Shown here piece by piece: positions 11,358-20,461 of a stretch of 64,000 nucleotides of DNA. Below the pieces are notes generated by a model. It was not told where the DNA came from, searched no databases, and worked only from the letters and a program-made list of their open reading frames with translations. The stretch is taken from the IMG/VR virus record IMGVR_UViG_3300042945_002173, one strand, 5' to 3'. The translations under genes and the position numbers were made by a program. The number at the start of each line of letters is the position of its first letter. The first letter of the stretch is position 1. This DNA is from a virus.

Positions 11358-11585
11358 ATGGCAGAAATTAAGGTCAGAGTAGGGCAACAACCCGCAGTAA
11401 AAGTTATATCTTCACTTGCTGGTGCTCAAGGTCTTTCTTTGTCTGAACTTAGTGATGTTAATGCCACAAATCTACTTGATGGTATGGTTCTAGTTTATAA
11501 TGGTGCCACTAGAAAATGGGACGCTACATTAACCCTTACACCAGGGGCAACACAGAATTTAGACATCAACGGGGGAAATTTCTAA
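11358..11585 (+). CDS. small virion/fibre-associated protein
   Basis: LSELSDVN..DGMVLVYN...KW fibre-type repeat; ends DINGGNF. Confidence 0.6.
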   Translation: MAEIKVRVGQQPAVKVISSLAGAQGLSLSELSDVNATNLLDGMVLVYNGATRKWDATLTLTPGATQNLDINGGNF

Positions 11586-13265
11586 ATGGCAAGTATTATT
11601 AGGATCAAAAGATCCTCAGGTACTAACAAACCTTCTAGTCTAAATTGGGGTGAATTAGCATATGTAACAGGTATTGGAAGTTACGGGGGTCTTAATCAAT
11701 ATAAAGATAGAATTTATGTTGGTGATGATGGTAATAATGTAAATCCAGTAGGTGGATATTATTATACCTCCATGATGGAGCACCAACCAGGCACTATTGC
11801 TGGTGTTTCAAATACAAGAAATAGTGATGGTGGTATAGTTGCTGTTCTTGATAGCAATAGAAAAGTAGATCAGTGGAACGTAGATAACTTACGTCTTGAT
11901 GGTAATACATTATTATCAACTAATACTGATGGTGATATTGTTTTAGATCCAAATGGAACTGGTGAAGTTAATATTGTTGATGATAATTATCTAAGTTTTG
12001 GTAATGATAAAGATGTAAAACTTAGATATGATGAAGCAACTGATAATAGATTTGAAATAGAAGGTGCTGATTGGGCATTTGCCGATGGCGTAGCAATTAA
12101 CATTGGCGATATAACTGAATCTACCAATAAAGACACCGGTGCTCTTGTAGTTGAGGGTGGTGTTGGAATTGATAAAAATCTGAATGTTGGTGGATCAATA
12201 AACATTAGTGGAACATCAATATTTGACTCTGTTAGAATTGAAAATAATGTAATATCGACATTACCTGGTAGTGGTGATACCCTATACATTGATCCATATC
12301 CTGATGGATTAAGTAGTGATGGAACAGTTGTTATTAAAGGTAATCTGCATGTTGATGGAACAACCACATCAGTAAACTCAACAGTTCTATCAATTAATGA
12401 TCCAATAATTGTTATTGGTGACGTAACAAGCACTAGAACTGTTATGTCGCCAGTGGCATCTGGTGTTTCGACAATTACTATTGATTCTGTAGTTGGCATC
12501 AATACCGGAGATATTATTCAAGGTAGTGCATCATTACCAAATAGTGGTATAACAACTATTACAGCATATAATAGTACCACAAAAATTATTACTATTCAAG
12601 GAACCACAACTGCTGGAATTAGTACAACTACACAATTAACAATTACACATGCATTTGATACTAATACTGATCGTGGTGTTGCTTTTGATTATAATACTGG
12701 CGTAGGTACAGCAAACAATAAGACTGGATTTTTTGGTTATATTGATGGTACAAATACTGGTAGTGCCGCACCAGCAAGATCATGGACTTATATTCCAGAT
12801 TCTACAATTACATCTCCTGGAAATGTAACTGGAACAAGAGGATATCTTGATGTTAAGGGTATCTATTACCAAACAGGTGATTTTAATACTCACGGTGTTG
12901 TATATTTTGATTCTGACGGACTTCAAACATCTACAAATAATCCAGCATCACCAGTAATCACATCTAAGCAGGTATTAACTGCTATCACAAAAATTACACT
13001 TGCATTACCATCTTCTATTACTGTTACAGCAGGTGATTTAATTCGCCAGGATACGAGTAATGCATATGGAATTGTTGAAACTGGTGGAACATTAGTATCA
13101 GTAAGTCTGATAGGTGTTGAGGGTACATTTACTAATACTTATAATATTAGAAAAGAAGGTGATAATGGAGCAATTCAAAATCTCTCCATAACACCCTCTA
13201 CCGTTTCGACCATATATACTAATAAGCCACATTGGACATCAACTCTAGACGGGGGAACTTTTTGA
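11586..13265 (+). CDS. fibre-like virion structural protein
   Basis: N-terminal IRIKRSSGT..P.SL..GELAY fibre-attachment-type motif, GALVVEGGVGI repeat, C-terminal LDGGTF. Confidence 0.7.
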   Translation: MASIIRIKRSSGTNKPSSLNWGELAYVTGIGSYGGLNQYKDRIYVGDDGNNVNPVGGYYYTSMMEHQPGTIAGVSNTRNSDGGIVAVLDSNRKVDQWNVDNLRLDGNTLLSTNTDGDIVLDPNGTGEVNIVDDNYLSFGNDKDVKLRYDEATDNRFEIEGADWAFADGVAINIGDITESTNKDTGALVVEGGVGIDKNLNVGGSINISGTSIFDSVRIENNVISTLPGSGDTLYIDPYPDGLSSDGTVVIKGNLHVDGTTTSVNSTVLSINDPIIVIGDVTSTRTVMSPVASGVSTITIDSVVGINTGDIIQGSASLPNSGITTITAYNSTTKIITIQGTTTAGISTTTQLTITHAFDTNTDRGVAFDYNTGVGTANNKTGFFGYIDGTNTGSAAPARSWTYIPDSTITSPGNVTGTRGYLDVKGIYYQTGDFNTHGVVYFDSDGLQTSTNNPASPVITSKQVLTAITKITLALPSSITVTAGDLIRQDTSNAYGIVETGGTLVSVSLIGVEGTFTNTYNIRKEGDNGAIQNLSITPSTVSTIYTNKPHWTSTLDGGTF

Positions 13266-13268
13266 TTC

Positions 13269-13481
13269 ATGACAAGAGATAGTGAAGTTGATATTAATGT
13301 TTTAGTGCGTTTGTATAATCAAAAATTATCAACACTAACAAATCAAAATGTTTTGTTAGAAGCAAAACTCCAAACTTTATCTGATGATTTTGCTCAAGAA
13401 AAAAATGAACTTTTAGCAGCAAATCTTGAACTTCAAAATAAGTATGATGAGTTGAAGAAATCCAAAGAATCTGAAGAGTAA
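13269..13481 (+). CDS. small coiled-coil hypothetical protein
   Basis: Heptad-rich 70-aa ORF, tightly packed between neighbours. Confidence 0.65.
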   Translation: MTRDSEVDINVLVRLYNQKLSTLTNQNVLLEAKLQTLSDDFAQEKNELLAANLELQNKYDELKKSKESEE

Positions 13482-13489
13482 AGAGAAAA

Positions 13490-14326
13490 ATGGCAAAACC
13501 AGCAAGTAGGCAAGAACTTATTGATTACTGTCTAAGGCGTCTAGGAGCGCCTGTGCTGGAAATTAATGTTGATGATGATCAAATTGATGATCTAGTCGAC
13601 GATGCCCTTCAATACTTCAATGAGCGCCATTTTGATGGTGTTGAAAGAATGTATTTAAAGTATCAAATAACACAAGATGATATTGATAGGGGTAAAGCAA
13701 CTTCAAAGACACCAAGAGGACCTGGAATTACAACATCAACAGCAACATCGACAACTGGAACAACATATAATTGGTATGAGTCTTCAAATTATATTCAAGT
13801 TCCAGATTCAGTAATTGGTATTGAAAATGTATTTAAGTTTGATACTAGTTCCATCTCTGGTGGAATGTTTAGTATCAAATATCAGTTATTTTTAAATGAC
13901 TTATATTATTTTAACTCGGTTGAGCTTTTACAATATTCCATGGTTAAATCATATCTATCAGATATTGATTTTTTACTTACAACAGATAAACAGTTAAGAT
14001 TTAATAAAAGACAAAATAGATTATATTTGGATATTGAATGGGGAGCACAATCTGCCGGAAACTTTCTTGTCTTGGATTGTTATAGAATTTTAAATCCAAA
14101 TGATTTTACAAAAGTCTATAATGATAGTTTTGTAAAAAGATATTTAACTGCATTAATTAAGAGGCAGTGGGGTCAAAACTTAATCAAGTTTAGAGGAGTT
14201 AAATTGCCAGGTGGACTGGAATTTAATGGTAGAGAAATCTATGAAGATGCTGAAAGAGAAATTGATGAAATAACCAAGAGAATGTCAATGGATTATGAAC
14301 TTCCACCATACGACTTTATTGGATAA
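13490..14326 (+). CDS. g13: neck protein gp13
   Basis: LIDYCLRRLGAPVLEINV and KRQWGQNLIKF.GV.LPGG motifs. Confidence 0.93.
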   Translation: MAKPASRQELIDYCLRRLGAPVLEINVDDDQIDDLVDDALQYFNERHFDGVERMYLKYQITQDDIDRGKATSKTPRGPGITTSTATSTTGTTYNWYESSNYIQVPDSVIGIENVFKFDTSSISGGMFSIKYQLFLNDLYYFNSVELLQYSMVKSYLSDIDFLLTTDKQLRFNKRQNRLYLDIEWGAQSAGNFLVLDCYRILNPNDFTKVYNDSFVKRYLTALIKRQWGQNLIKFRGVKLPGGLEFNGREIYEDAEREIDEITKRMSMDYELPPYDFIG

Positions 14327-15774
14327 TGGCACTTAATCCTTTCTTTTTACAGGGAACATCTTCTGAACAAAGACTTATTCAGGATTTGGTAAATGAGCAT
14401 CTTAGAATGCATGGAATTGAGGTTGTTTATATTCCAAGAAAATTTGTTAATAGAAAAACTATCATAGAAGAAGTACAAACTTCTAGATTTGATGATAACT
14501 TTGCAATTGAAGCATATGTAAACTCATATGATGGGTATTCTGGGGCAGGAGATATTTTAACAAAGTTTGGAATGAGTTTGAGGGATGAATTATTAATTAC
14601 AATCTCAAAGGAAAGATTTGAAGATTTTATTGCACCATTTCTAGGTGCATTGGATGATGGTAGTGGTGAAGGTGAAGTTATTTTAAGCACTAGACCAAGA
14701 GAAGGAGATTTAATTTATTTTCCTCTTGGTCAAAGACTTTTTGAAGTTAAATTTGTAGAACATGAACAACCTTTTTACCAATTAGGTAAGAATTATGTTT
14801 ATGAATTAAAATGTGAACTCTTTGAATATGAAGACGAGATTATTGATACCTCTATCGATGAAATTGATACCCAAGTTCAGGAAGAAGGTTATATTACAAC
14901 TTTAAAATTGATTGGAGTTGGTAGAACAGCAACAGCATCAGGATCAATACTTGGTTCAGTTGGTTCGGGTTATATTAAACAAATTTTCTTAAATAATGAT
15001 GGTTATGGATATACTTCCTCACCAATAGTTGCAATAAGTAGTTCACCAACAGGATTATCTGGGGATAATGCAACGGCAGTTGCTATTACGACAGTTAGAG
15101 GTGGAGTTAGATCTGTTGAGAGAATTTACTTGACAAATGCTGGTGCAGGTTATACTGTTCCACCAACCATAACGATTTCTGGTGGAGGAGGGGCAGGTGC
15201 TGCTGCAACATGTTCAATAGAAACAACTTATAATGGTGTTATAAGATTTACTATAAATGATTCAGGTGTTGGATATGGAACTGCACCAGTTGTTACAGTC
15301 TCCGCACCTGGGCAATTATCAATTAATGGTATAGGACAAACTGCTGTTGGTATTGCTTCCATGGGTATAGTTGGTAGTTCAAACGTTGTAAGAGCAATAT
15401 ATGTTTCTAATCCTGGTTTTGGATATACTTCAGCACCAACAATAACTATTGCAAATCCAGAAACACTTACTGGATTTGGAACTTATCTGTTTAATGAGGT
15501 TATAAGAGGTTCTAGATCACAAATTAGAGCAAGAGTTAAAAGTTGGGACAAAGATACTAATATTCTTAAAATTTCAAATGTTGGAATTGGTGCGACACAA
15601 CTTACATTTATACCAGGTGAAACGATCATTGGAACAGAATCGGGAGCTCTTTACACTGTTCAAGGTTTTGAAAGAATGGATACATATGATAAATATAGTC
15701 AAAATGATGAGATTGAAGAAGAAGCAGATCTCATTGTAGATTTTTCAGAATCAAATCCTTTTGGTAATTACTAA
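14326..15774 (+). CDS. g14: neck protein gp14 (extended)
   Basis: EQRLIQDLVNE, RPREGDLIYFP..LFEVKFVEHE.PFYQLG, C-terminal DFSESNPFG. Confidence 0.93.
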   Translation: MALNPFFLQGTSSEQRLIQDLVNEHLRMHGIEVVYIPRKFVNRKTIIEEVQTSRFDDNFAIEAYVNSYDGYSGAGDILTKFGMSLRDELLITISKERFEDFIAPFLGALDDGSGEGEVILSTRPREGDLIYFPLGQRLFEVKFVEHEQPFYQLGKNYVYELKCELFEYEDEIIDTSIDEIDTQVQEEGYITTLKLIGVGRTATASGSILGSVGSGYIKQIFLNNDGYGYTSSPIVAISSSPTGLSGDNATAVAITTVRGGVRSVERIYLTNAGAGYTVPPTITISGGGGAGAAATCSIETTYNGVIRFTINDSGVGYGTAPVVTVSAPGQLSINGIGQTAVGIASMGIVGSSNVVRAIYVSNPGFGYTSAPTITIANPETLTGFGTYLFNEVIRGSRSQIRARVKSWDKDTNILKISNVGIGATQLTFIPGETIIGTESGALYTVQGFERMDTYDKYSQNDEIEEEADLIVDFSESNPFGNY

Positions 15775-16574
15775 TGTTAGGAACCTATTATTATCACGAA
15801 ATTATAAGAAAGACCATAATTGCTTTCGGTACACTTTTTAATCAAATTCATATTCGTCACACTGATCAGAGTGGAAATAACGTTAGTGATATGAGGGTTC
15901 CTATTGCTTATGGTCCAAGACAAAAATTTCTTGCGAGAATTCAACAGCAACCAGAATTAAATAAAGCAACACAAATTTCGTTACCAAGAATGTCATTTGA
16001 GATGACTTCTATTCAATACGACCCAACAAGGAAAACAAGTGTAACTCAAACATTTAAAGCATGTGATGATGGTGGAAAAATAAAAAAAGTTTTTATGCCT
16101 GTTCCATATAATATTGGATTCGAATTAAATATTTTAACTAAGTTAAATGATGATGCTTTGCAGATCGTAGAGCAAGTTTTACCGTATTTTCAACCAGGAT
16201 TTAATTTAACAATAGATTTAGTTGATTCTATTGGTGAACAAAGGGATATTCCCATGGTTTTAGAAAATATATCTTTTCAGGATGATTATGAGGGTGATTT
16301 TTCTACCAGAAGAGCTTTAATATATACTTTATCATTTACAGCAAAGACTTATCTGTTTGGACCAATTGCAGAAAGTTCAGAAGGTCTTATTCGCAAGGTA
16401 CAGGTTGATCTTTATACAAATACCGATGTTGCTAATGCTAAACGTGAAGTAAGATATACAGTTACTCCTGATCCTTATGATGCAAATCCAGATGATGACT
16501 TCGGATTTAATGAAAATTGGGAATTCTTTGGAGACTCAAAAGAATTTAGTCCAACTCGTAAAATAGATATCTAA
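15774..16574 (+). CDS. g15: tail sheath stabilizer/completion protein gp15
   Basis: YYYHEIIRK.IIAFGTLFN, LPRMSFE, EQVLPYFQP motifs. Confidence 0.93.
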   Translation: MLGTYYYHEIIRKTIIAFGTLFNQIHIRHTDQSGNNVSDMRVPIAYGPRQKFLARIQQQPELNKATQISLPRMSFEMTSIQYDPTRKTSVTQTFKACDDGGKIKKVFMPVPYNIGFELNILTKLNDDALQIVEQVLPYFQPGFNLTIDLVDSIGEQRDIPMVLENISFQDDYEGDFSTRRALIYTLSFTAKTYLFGPIAESSEGLIRKVQVDLYTNTDVANAKREVRYTVTPDPYDANPDDDFGFNENWEFFGDSKEFSPTRKIDI

Positions 16575-16580
16575 TAAATT

Positions 16581-17000
16581 ATGTCAAATAACTATGATAG
16601 CATTGACAATGCCTTGAATATAAAAAGTGAAATAGTTAATGTTGAAAAAGAAACTCCAATTGTTAAGGTTGAAAGTTCTAGTAATGACATTAAAAAAGAT
16701 TATGAATATACAAGAGCAAATTTATATTCTCTTATAGAAAAGGGGCAAGAAGCCATTAATGGAATAATGGAACTTGCAGCAGAGAGTGATCAACCAAGAG
16801 CATATGAAGTTGCTGGTCAGTTGATTAAGAGTGTAGGTGATGTAACAGATAAATTGATTGACTTACAAAAGAAATTAAAAGATGTTGAGGAAGATACTGT
16901 AAAAACAACTAATAATGTTACTAATAATGCAGTGTTTGTTGGATCAACTTCGGAACTTTCAAAGTTACTTAAACAAGGTTTTCTAAATAATAAAGAATAG
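16581..17000 (+). CDS. g16: terminase small subunit gp16
   Basis: DYEYTR.NLY, PRAYEVAGQLIK, FVGSTSEL motifs. Confidence 0.92.
   Translation: MSNNYDSIDNALNIKSEIVNVEKETPIVKVESSSNDIKKDYEYTRANLYSLIEKGQEAINGIMELAAESDQPRAYEVAGQLIKSVGDVTDKLIDLQKKLKDVEEDTVKTTNNVTNNAVFVGSTSELSKLLKQGFLNNKE
16983..16989 (+). promoter_or_regulatory. late promoter CTAAATA
   Basis: TAAATA core 21 nt upstream of ATG 17011. Confidence 0.65.
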
Positions 17001-17010
17001 ATTTTTTCTT

Positions 17011-18768
17011 ATGAGTTGGTCTAACGATTATAAAAAATCAATAGACTGTGGAAATCCAAAAGGATTTTCGCAAAAGGCACATTGTGCTGCTCGTAGGAAA
17101 AGAAAAAGAGGTGAAGAAACCAAGTCTAAATCACCATTTAGCGAACAAAAAGAAATGAGCGAAACCCGTTACTGTAAGTTGTGTAGGAAAATAGAGCAAA
17201 GGGATGGATGCTCCTATGGACCTTTAATGTGGGATAGATATTCTACGCCGATTCTTACCATGAATCAGATTAAATATGATCGAAACCGACCTCATCCTGC
17301 CAATGAGTCAAAAGATCATGAATATTCAATGGCTCGCTCAGAGTTATCAACCATTGCGAAGGCGACTAAAAAACTTCAGAAAAAAATGAAGAAAGGTGAG
17401 GGTGAGATTGAAGCATGGGTTCAATCAAAGATTACAAAAGCAGCAGACTATATTGATACGGCAGCAGATTATGTAGATAGTGGTGAAATGAATAAAGAAG
17501 AAGTTGAAATATTAGAAGGTAAGAGAGACGGGAAATCAGCAAAAGATAAAGATTATTCTCTTCGTGATTGGTTTAAAGGTGGTGGATGGGTTCAAGCAGG
17601 TGGTAAGTATGATGGAAAACCTTGTGCTAAACAACCTGGACAAAAAACAAAACCATTCTGCCGCGATGCTGACGATAGAGCATCAATGAGTAAGGAAGAA
17701 AGAAATAAAAGAGCAGCAAAAAAACGTAAAGAAGACCCAAATCCAAATAGAAAAGGAAAGGCAAAGTTTGTAACTGTTGAACAAGTTGATGCCAGTAAGT
17801 ATGGAAAAACCCCAGATCAGATCTTACAGGATATTATAGATAAAGATAAAAAAGGACCAAACAAATACGGTGGTGGACAAGTAATTAAAACTGGTTTACA
17901 AAAAGCACATTTTGAACCAGAAGGTGAACAACTAGATGAACTGTGGGGTAAAGTTGCTATCGGTGCAGGTGCTGCCTTTATTCCATATCTTTTAAAAAAG
18001 TTCGCAAAACCAGCAGTTGATAAAGCAATTGATTCTCCTGCAACTGGTTCTGATGATTTGATTGATAAAATGAAGCAAAAAAGAGATGCTATTAATAAAG
18101 CAACTCAAAAAAATTCTTATGAACCAGAAGGTGATATGGTAGAAGAAAAAGACGCTTGTTATAAGAAGGTAAAGGCAAGGTATGATGTTTGGCCAAGTGC
18201 ATATGCTTCTGGCGCACTAGTCAAGTGCCGCAAAGTTGGTGCAAAAAATTGGGGAAATAAAACTAAAAAAGAAGGATATGAATTTTCTAATTGGAGAGAT
18301 GAATTCTTCCCAACAGAAGTTGAATCTGTAAATATTATTGAACCACAACCATTACAACCATCAAAGGGTATTGGAAGTGAAATTTTAGATGAGGCAGGTA
18401 AAAAGTGCTGGAAAGGTTACAAAAAATCAGGAACACAAGAACTGTTTGGTAAAACTTACAACCGTTGTGTAAAGGAAGGATATTCTGATTGGAGAACAGA
18501 GATTTCCGAAGATTGGCAATCAGTAAATCGTAAAGATAAAACTGATGGTCTAAGTCAAGCAGCAGTTGATGCTTATCGTCGTGAGAATCCAGGTTCAAAA
18601 CTTCAAACTGCGGTAACTGAAAAGAAACCAAAAGGAAAGAGAGCAAAGCGTCGTGCTAATTTCTGCCGACGTATGAAAGGGATGAAATCAAAACTCACAT
18701 CATCAAAAACAGCAAGAGATCCAGATTCAAGAATTAACAAAGCATTACGCCGTTGGAGGTGCAGATAA
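17011..18768 (+). CDS. modular basic protein, putative protease-processed internal-head polyprotein
   Basis: About 9 short Lys/Arg-rich modules, several with Cys pairs, separated by acidic linkers ending [LIV]xE. ORF is certain; function is inferred. Confidence 0.6.
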   Translation: MSWSNDYKKSIDCGNPKGFSQKAHCAARRKRKRGEETKSKSPFSEQKEMSETRYCKLCRKIEQRDGCSYGPLMWDRYSTPILTMNQIKYDRNRPHPANESKDHEYSMARSELSTIAKATKKLQKKMKKGEGEIEAWVQSKITKAADYIDTAADYVDSGEMNKEEVEILEGKRDGKSAKDKDYSLRDWFKGGGWVQAGGKYDGKPCAKQPGQKTKPFCRDADDRASMSKEERNKRAAKKRKEDPNPNRKGKAKFVTVEQVDASKYGKTPDQILQDIIDKDKKGPNKYGGGQVIKTGLQKAHFEPEGEQLDELWGKVAIGAGAAFIPYLLKKFAKPAVDKAIDSPATGSDDLIDKMKQKRDAINKATQKNSYEPEGDMVEEKDACYKKVKARYDVWPSAYASGALVKCRKVGAKNWGNKTKKEGYEFSNWRDEFFPTEVESVNIIEPQPLQPSKGIGSEILDEAGKKCWKGYKKSGTQELFGKTYNRCVKEGYSDWRTEISEDWQSVNRKDKTDGLSQAAVDAYRRENPGSKLQTAVTEKKPKGKRAKRRANFCRRMKGMKSKLTSSKTARDPDSRINKALRRWRCR

Positions 18769-19076
18769 TGAAAAGTTTTCAGCAGTTTATTTCAGAAAGT
18801 ATCACCATCAATGGTGATTTTAATGGAACTCTCAATGTAGGTTCCCCTCAACCCGAACAAGCAAGCGAGTCTTTCTTTGCTGATGTAGTTTGGGAAGGAA
18901 AGATGTATCGTTTAGAAGTAGAAGGCAAAATTCTTTCTAAGAATGAACTAGCAGAGCAAATTCAAGGAGAATATCCTGGTGCAATTGTTCATAACGTTTA
19001 TCCAAGTCAGGTAAATACTTCAAGAATTAAAAACGCACAAAGGTATCAACCAGAAAGATTGTCTTGGAGTGAGTGA
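18768..19076 (+). CDS. hypothetical protein with capsid-targeting-like N-terminus (MKSFQQFISE)
   Basis: ATG overlaps the upstream TAA (TAATG); N-terminus resembles the T4 internal-protein CTS. Confidence 0.7.
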   Translation: MKSFQQFISESITINGDFNGTLNVGSPQPEQASESFFADVVWEGKMYRLEVEGKILSKNELAEQIQGEYPGAIVHNVYPSQVNTSRIKNAQRYQPERLSWSE

Positions 19077-19079
19077 TTA

Positions 19080-20456
19080 ATGGCACAATTTAATAAAAAT
19101 ACTCAAGATTTTTTAAATCAAGAGAGAACTCTTTTTGAAGTGAATATGATCGCTAATAAAAATGGCGAGGTAGTTACACTTGACAACCCATTTCCAGTTA
19201 CTGGGACAATGGGAATTTCTACATCATCAACAGTATCAGTTACTCTACCTTCAACATCAACTGATGCATTTGGTAGACAAAGAATGTCTACCCCACTCAC
19301 ACTTTTTGATAGTTCCCACAGATACAGGGACAATAATCTTTGGAGTAGTTTAGTTGTTGGTACTGGTTCCACAGTTGGATTTGTAACGGCACAAGGTCTG
19401 ATCAATATTACTGTTGGTGTTGGAAGCACTGCATCAGTCATCAGAGAAACGACAAAAGTATTTTCATATCAACCAGGAAAATCATTACAAATATTAAATA
19501 CATTTGTATTCAACCCATCAAAAACAAATCTTCGCCAAAGAGTAGGATACTTTGGTGCAGATAATGGGATGTATTTGGAACTTGATGGAAGTAATTTATA
19601 TTTTGTAGAAAGAACATATGTTCCAGGAATTACAACAGAAACAAGAGTAGCACAAGCAAACTGGAACATTGATACAATGCTTGGTGCTGGACATTTAAAT
19701 CCATCTGGTGTCACATTAGATATTAGCAAAGCACAGATTATGTGGATGGATATTGAATGGTTAGGACTTGGAACTGTAAGACTAGGATTTGTAGTTAATG
19801 GGCAGTTTATTCATTGCCATTCATTCCATCACGCAAATATTATCAATACAACTTATATTACAACAGCATCATTACCTTTGAGATATGAGATTGCAAATAC
19901 CGGAATTACAACTAGTGCTAGCACACTCAAACAAGTTTGTTCTACTGTAATTTCAGAAGGTGGTTATGAACTTCGTGGATTGCAACAAGCAGTAGGAACA
20001 CCAGTTCAAACACCAGTCGATTTAACAACAGCAGGAACTTATTATACAGTTATATCAATTCGCCTCAAAGCAACACCAAATAGATTAGATGCAATTGTAA
20101 TTCTAACTGCACTTTCAATTCTTGGTATTACAAATAATGCAACTTATAACTGGCAAGTAAGAGCAACTGGAATATCTAATGGTGGAACTTGGACTGATAC
20201 TGGTCTCGATAGTGCTGTTGAATATAAGATTGATGGAGGAACTTATAGTGGTGGAAGAATATTAGCATCTGGATATCTGTACGGTTCCAATCAAGGTTCA
20301 ACGCCAGTAGATATTCTTAAAGAAGCATTATTTAAGTTCCAGTTAGAAAGGGATGCGTTAAGTGGAACACCATATGAACTTTCTATTGTATGTGCCTCTG
20401 ATGCTAATGGTGCAGATATTCACGCATCAATGGACTGGGAAGAAATTAGTAGGTAA
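19080..20456 (+). CDS. putative virion structural protein (beta-rich)
   Basis: DAFGRQRMS.P.TLFD, FSYQPGKS, DIEWLG.G.VR motifs seen in phage structural hypotheticals. Confidence 0.6.
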   Translation: MAQFNKNTQDFLNQERTLFEVNMIANKNGEVVTLDNPFPVTGTMGISTSSTVSVTLPSTSTDAFGRQRMSTPLTLFDSSHRYRDNNLWSSLVVGTGSTVGFVTAQGLINITVGVGSTASVIRETTKVFSYQPGKSLQILNTFVFNPSKTNLRQRVGYFGADNGMYLELDGSNLYFVERTYVPGITTETRVAQANWNIDTMLGAGHLNPSGVTLDISKAQIMWMDIEWLGLGTVRLGFVVNGQFIHCHSFHHANIINTTYITTASLPLRYEIANTGITTSASTLKQVCSTVISEGGYELRGLQQAVGTPVQTPVDLTTAGTYYTVISIRLKATPNRLDAIVILTALSILGITNNATYNWQVRATGISNGGTWTDTGLDSAVEYKIDGGTYSGGRILASGYLYGSNQGSTPVDILKEALFKFQLERDALSGTPYELSIVCASDANGADIHASMDWEEISR

Positions 20457-20461
20457 TTATT

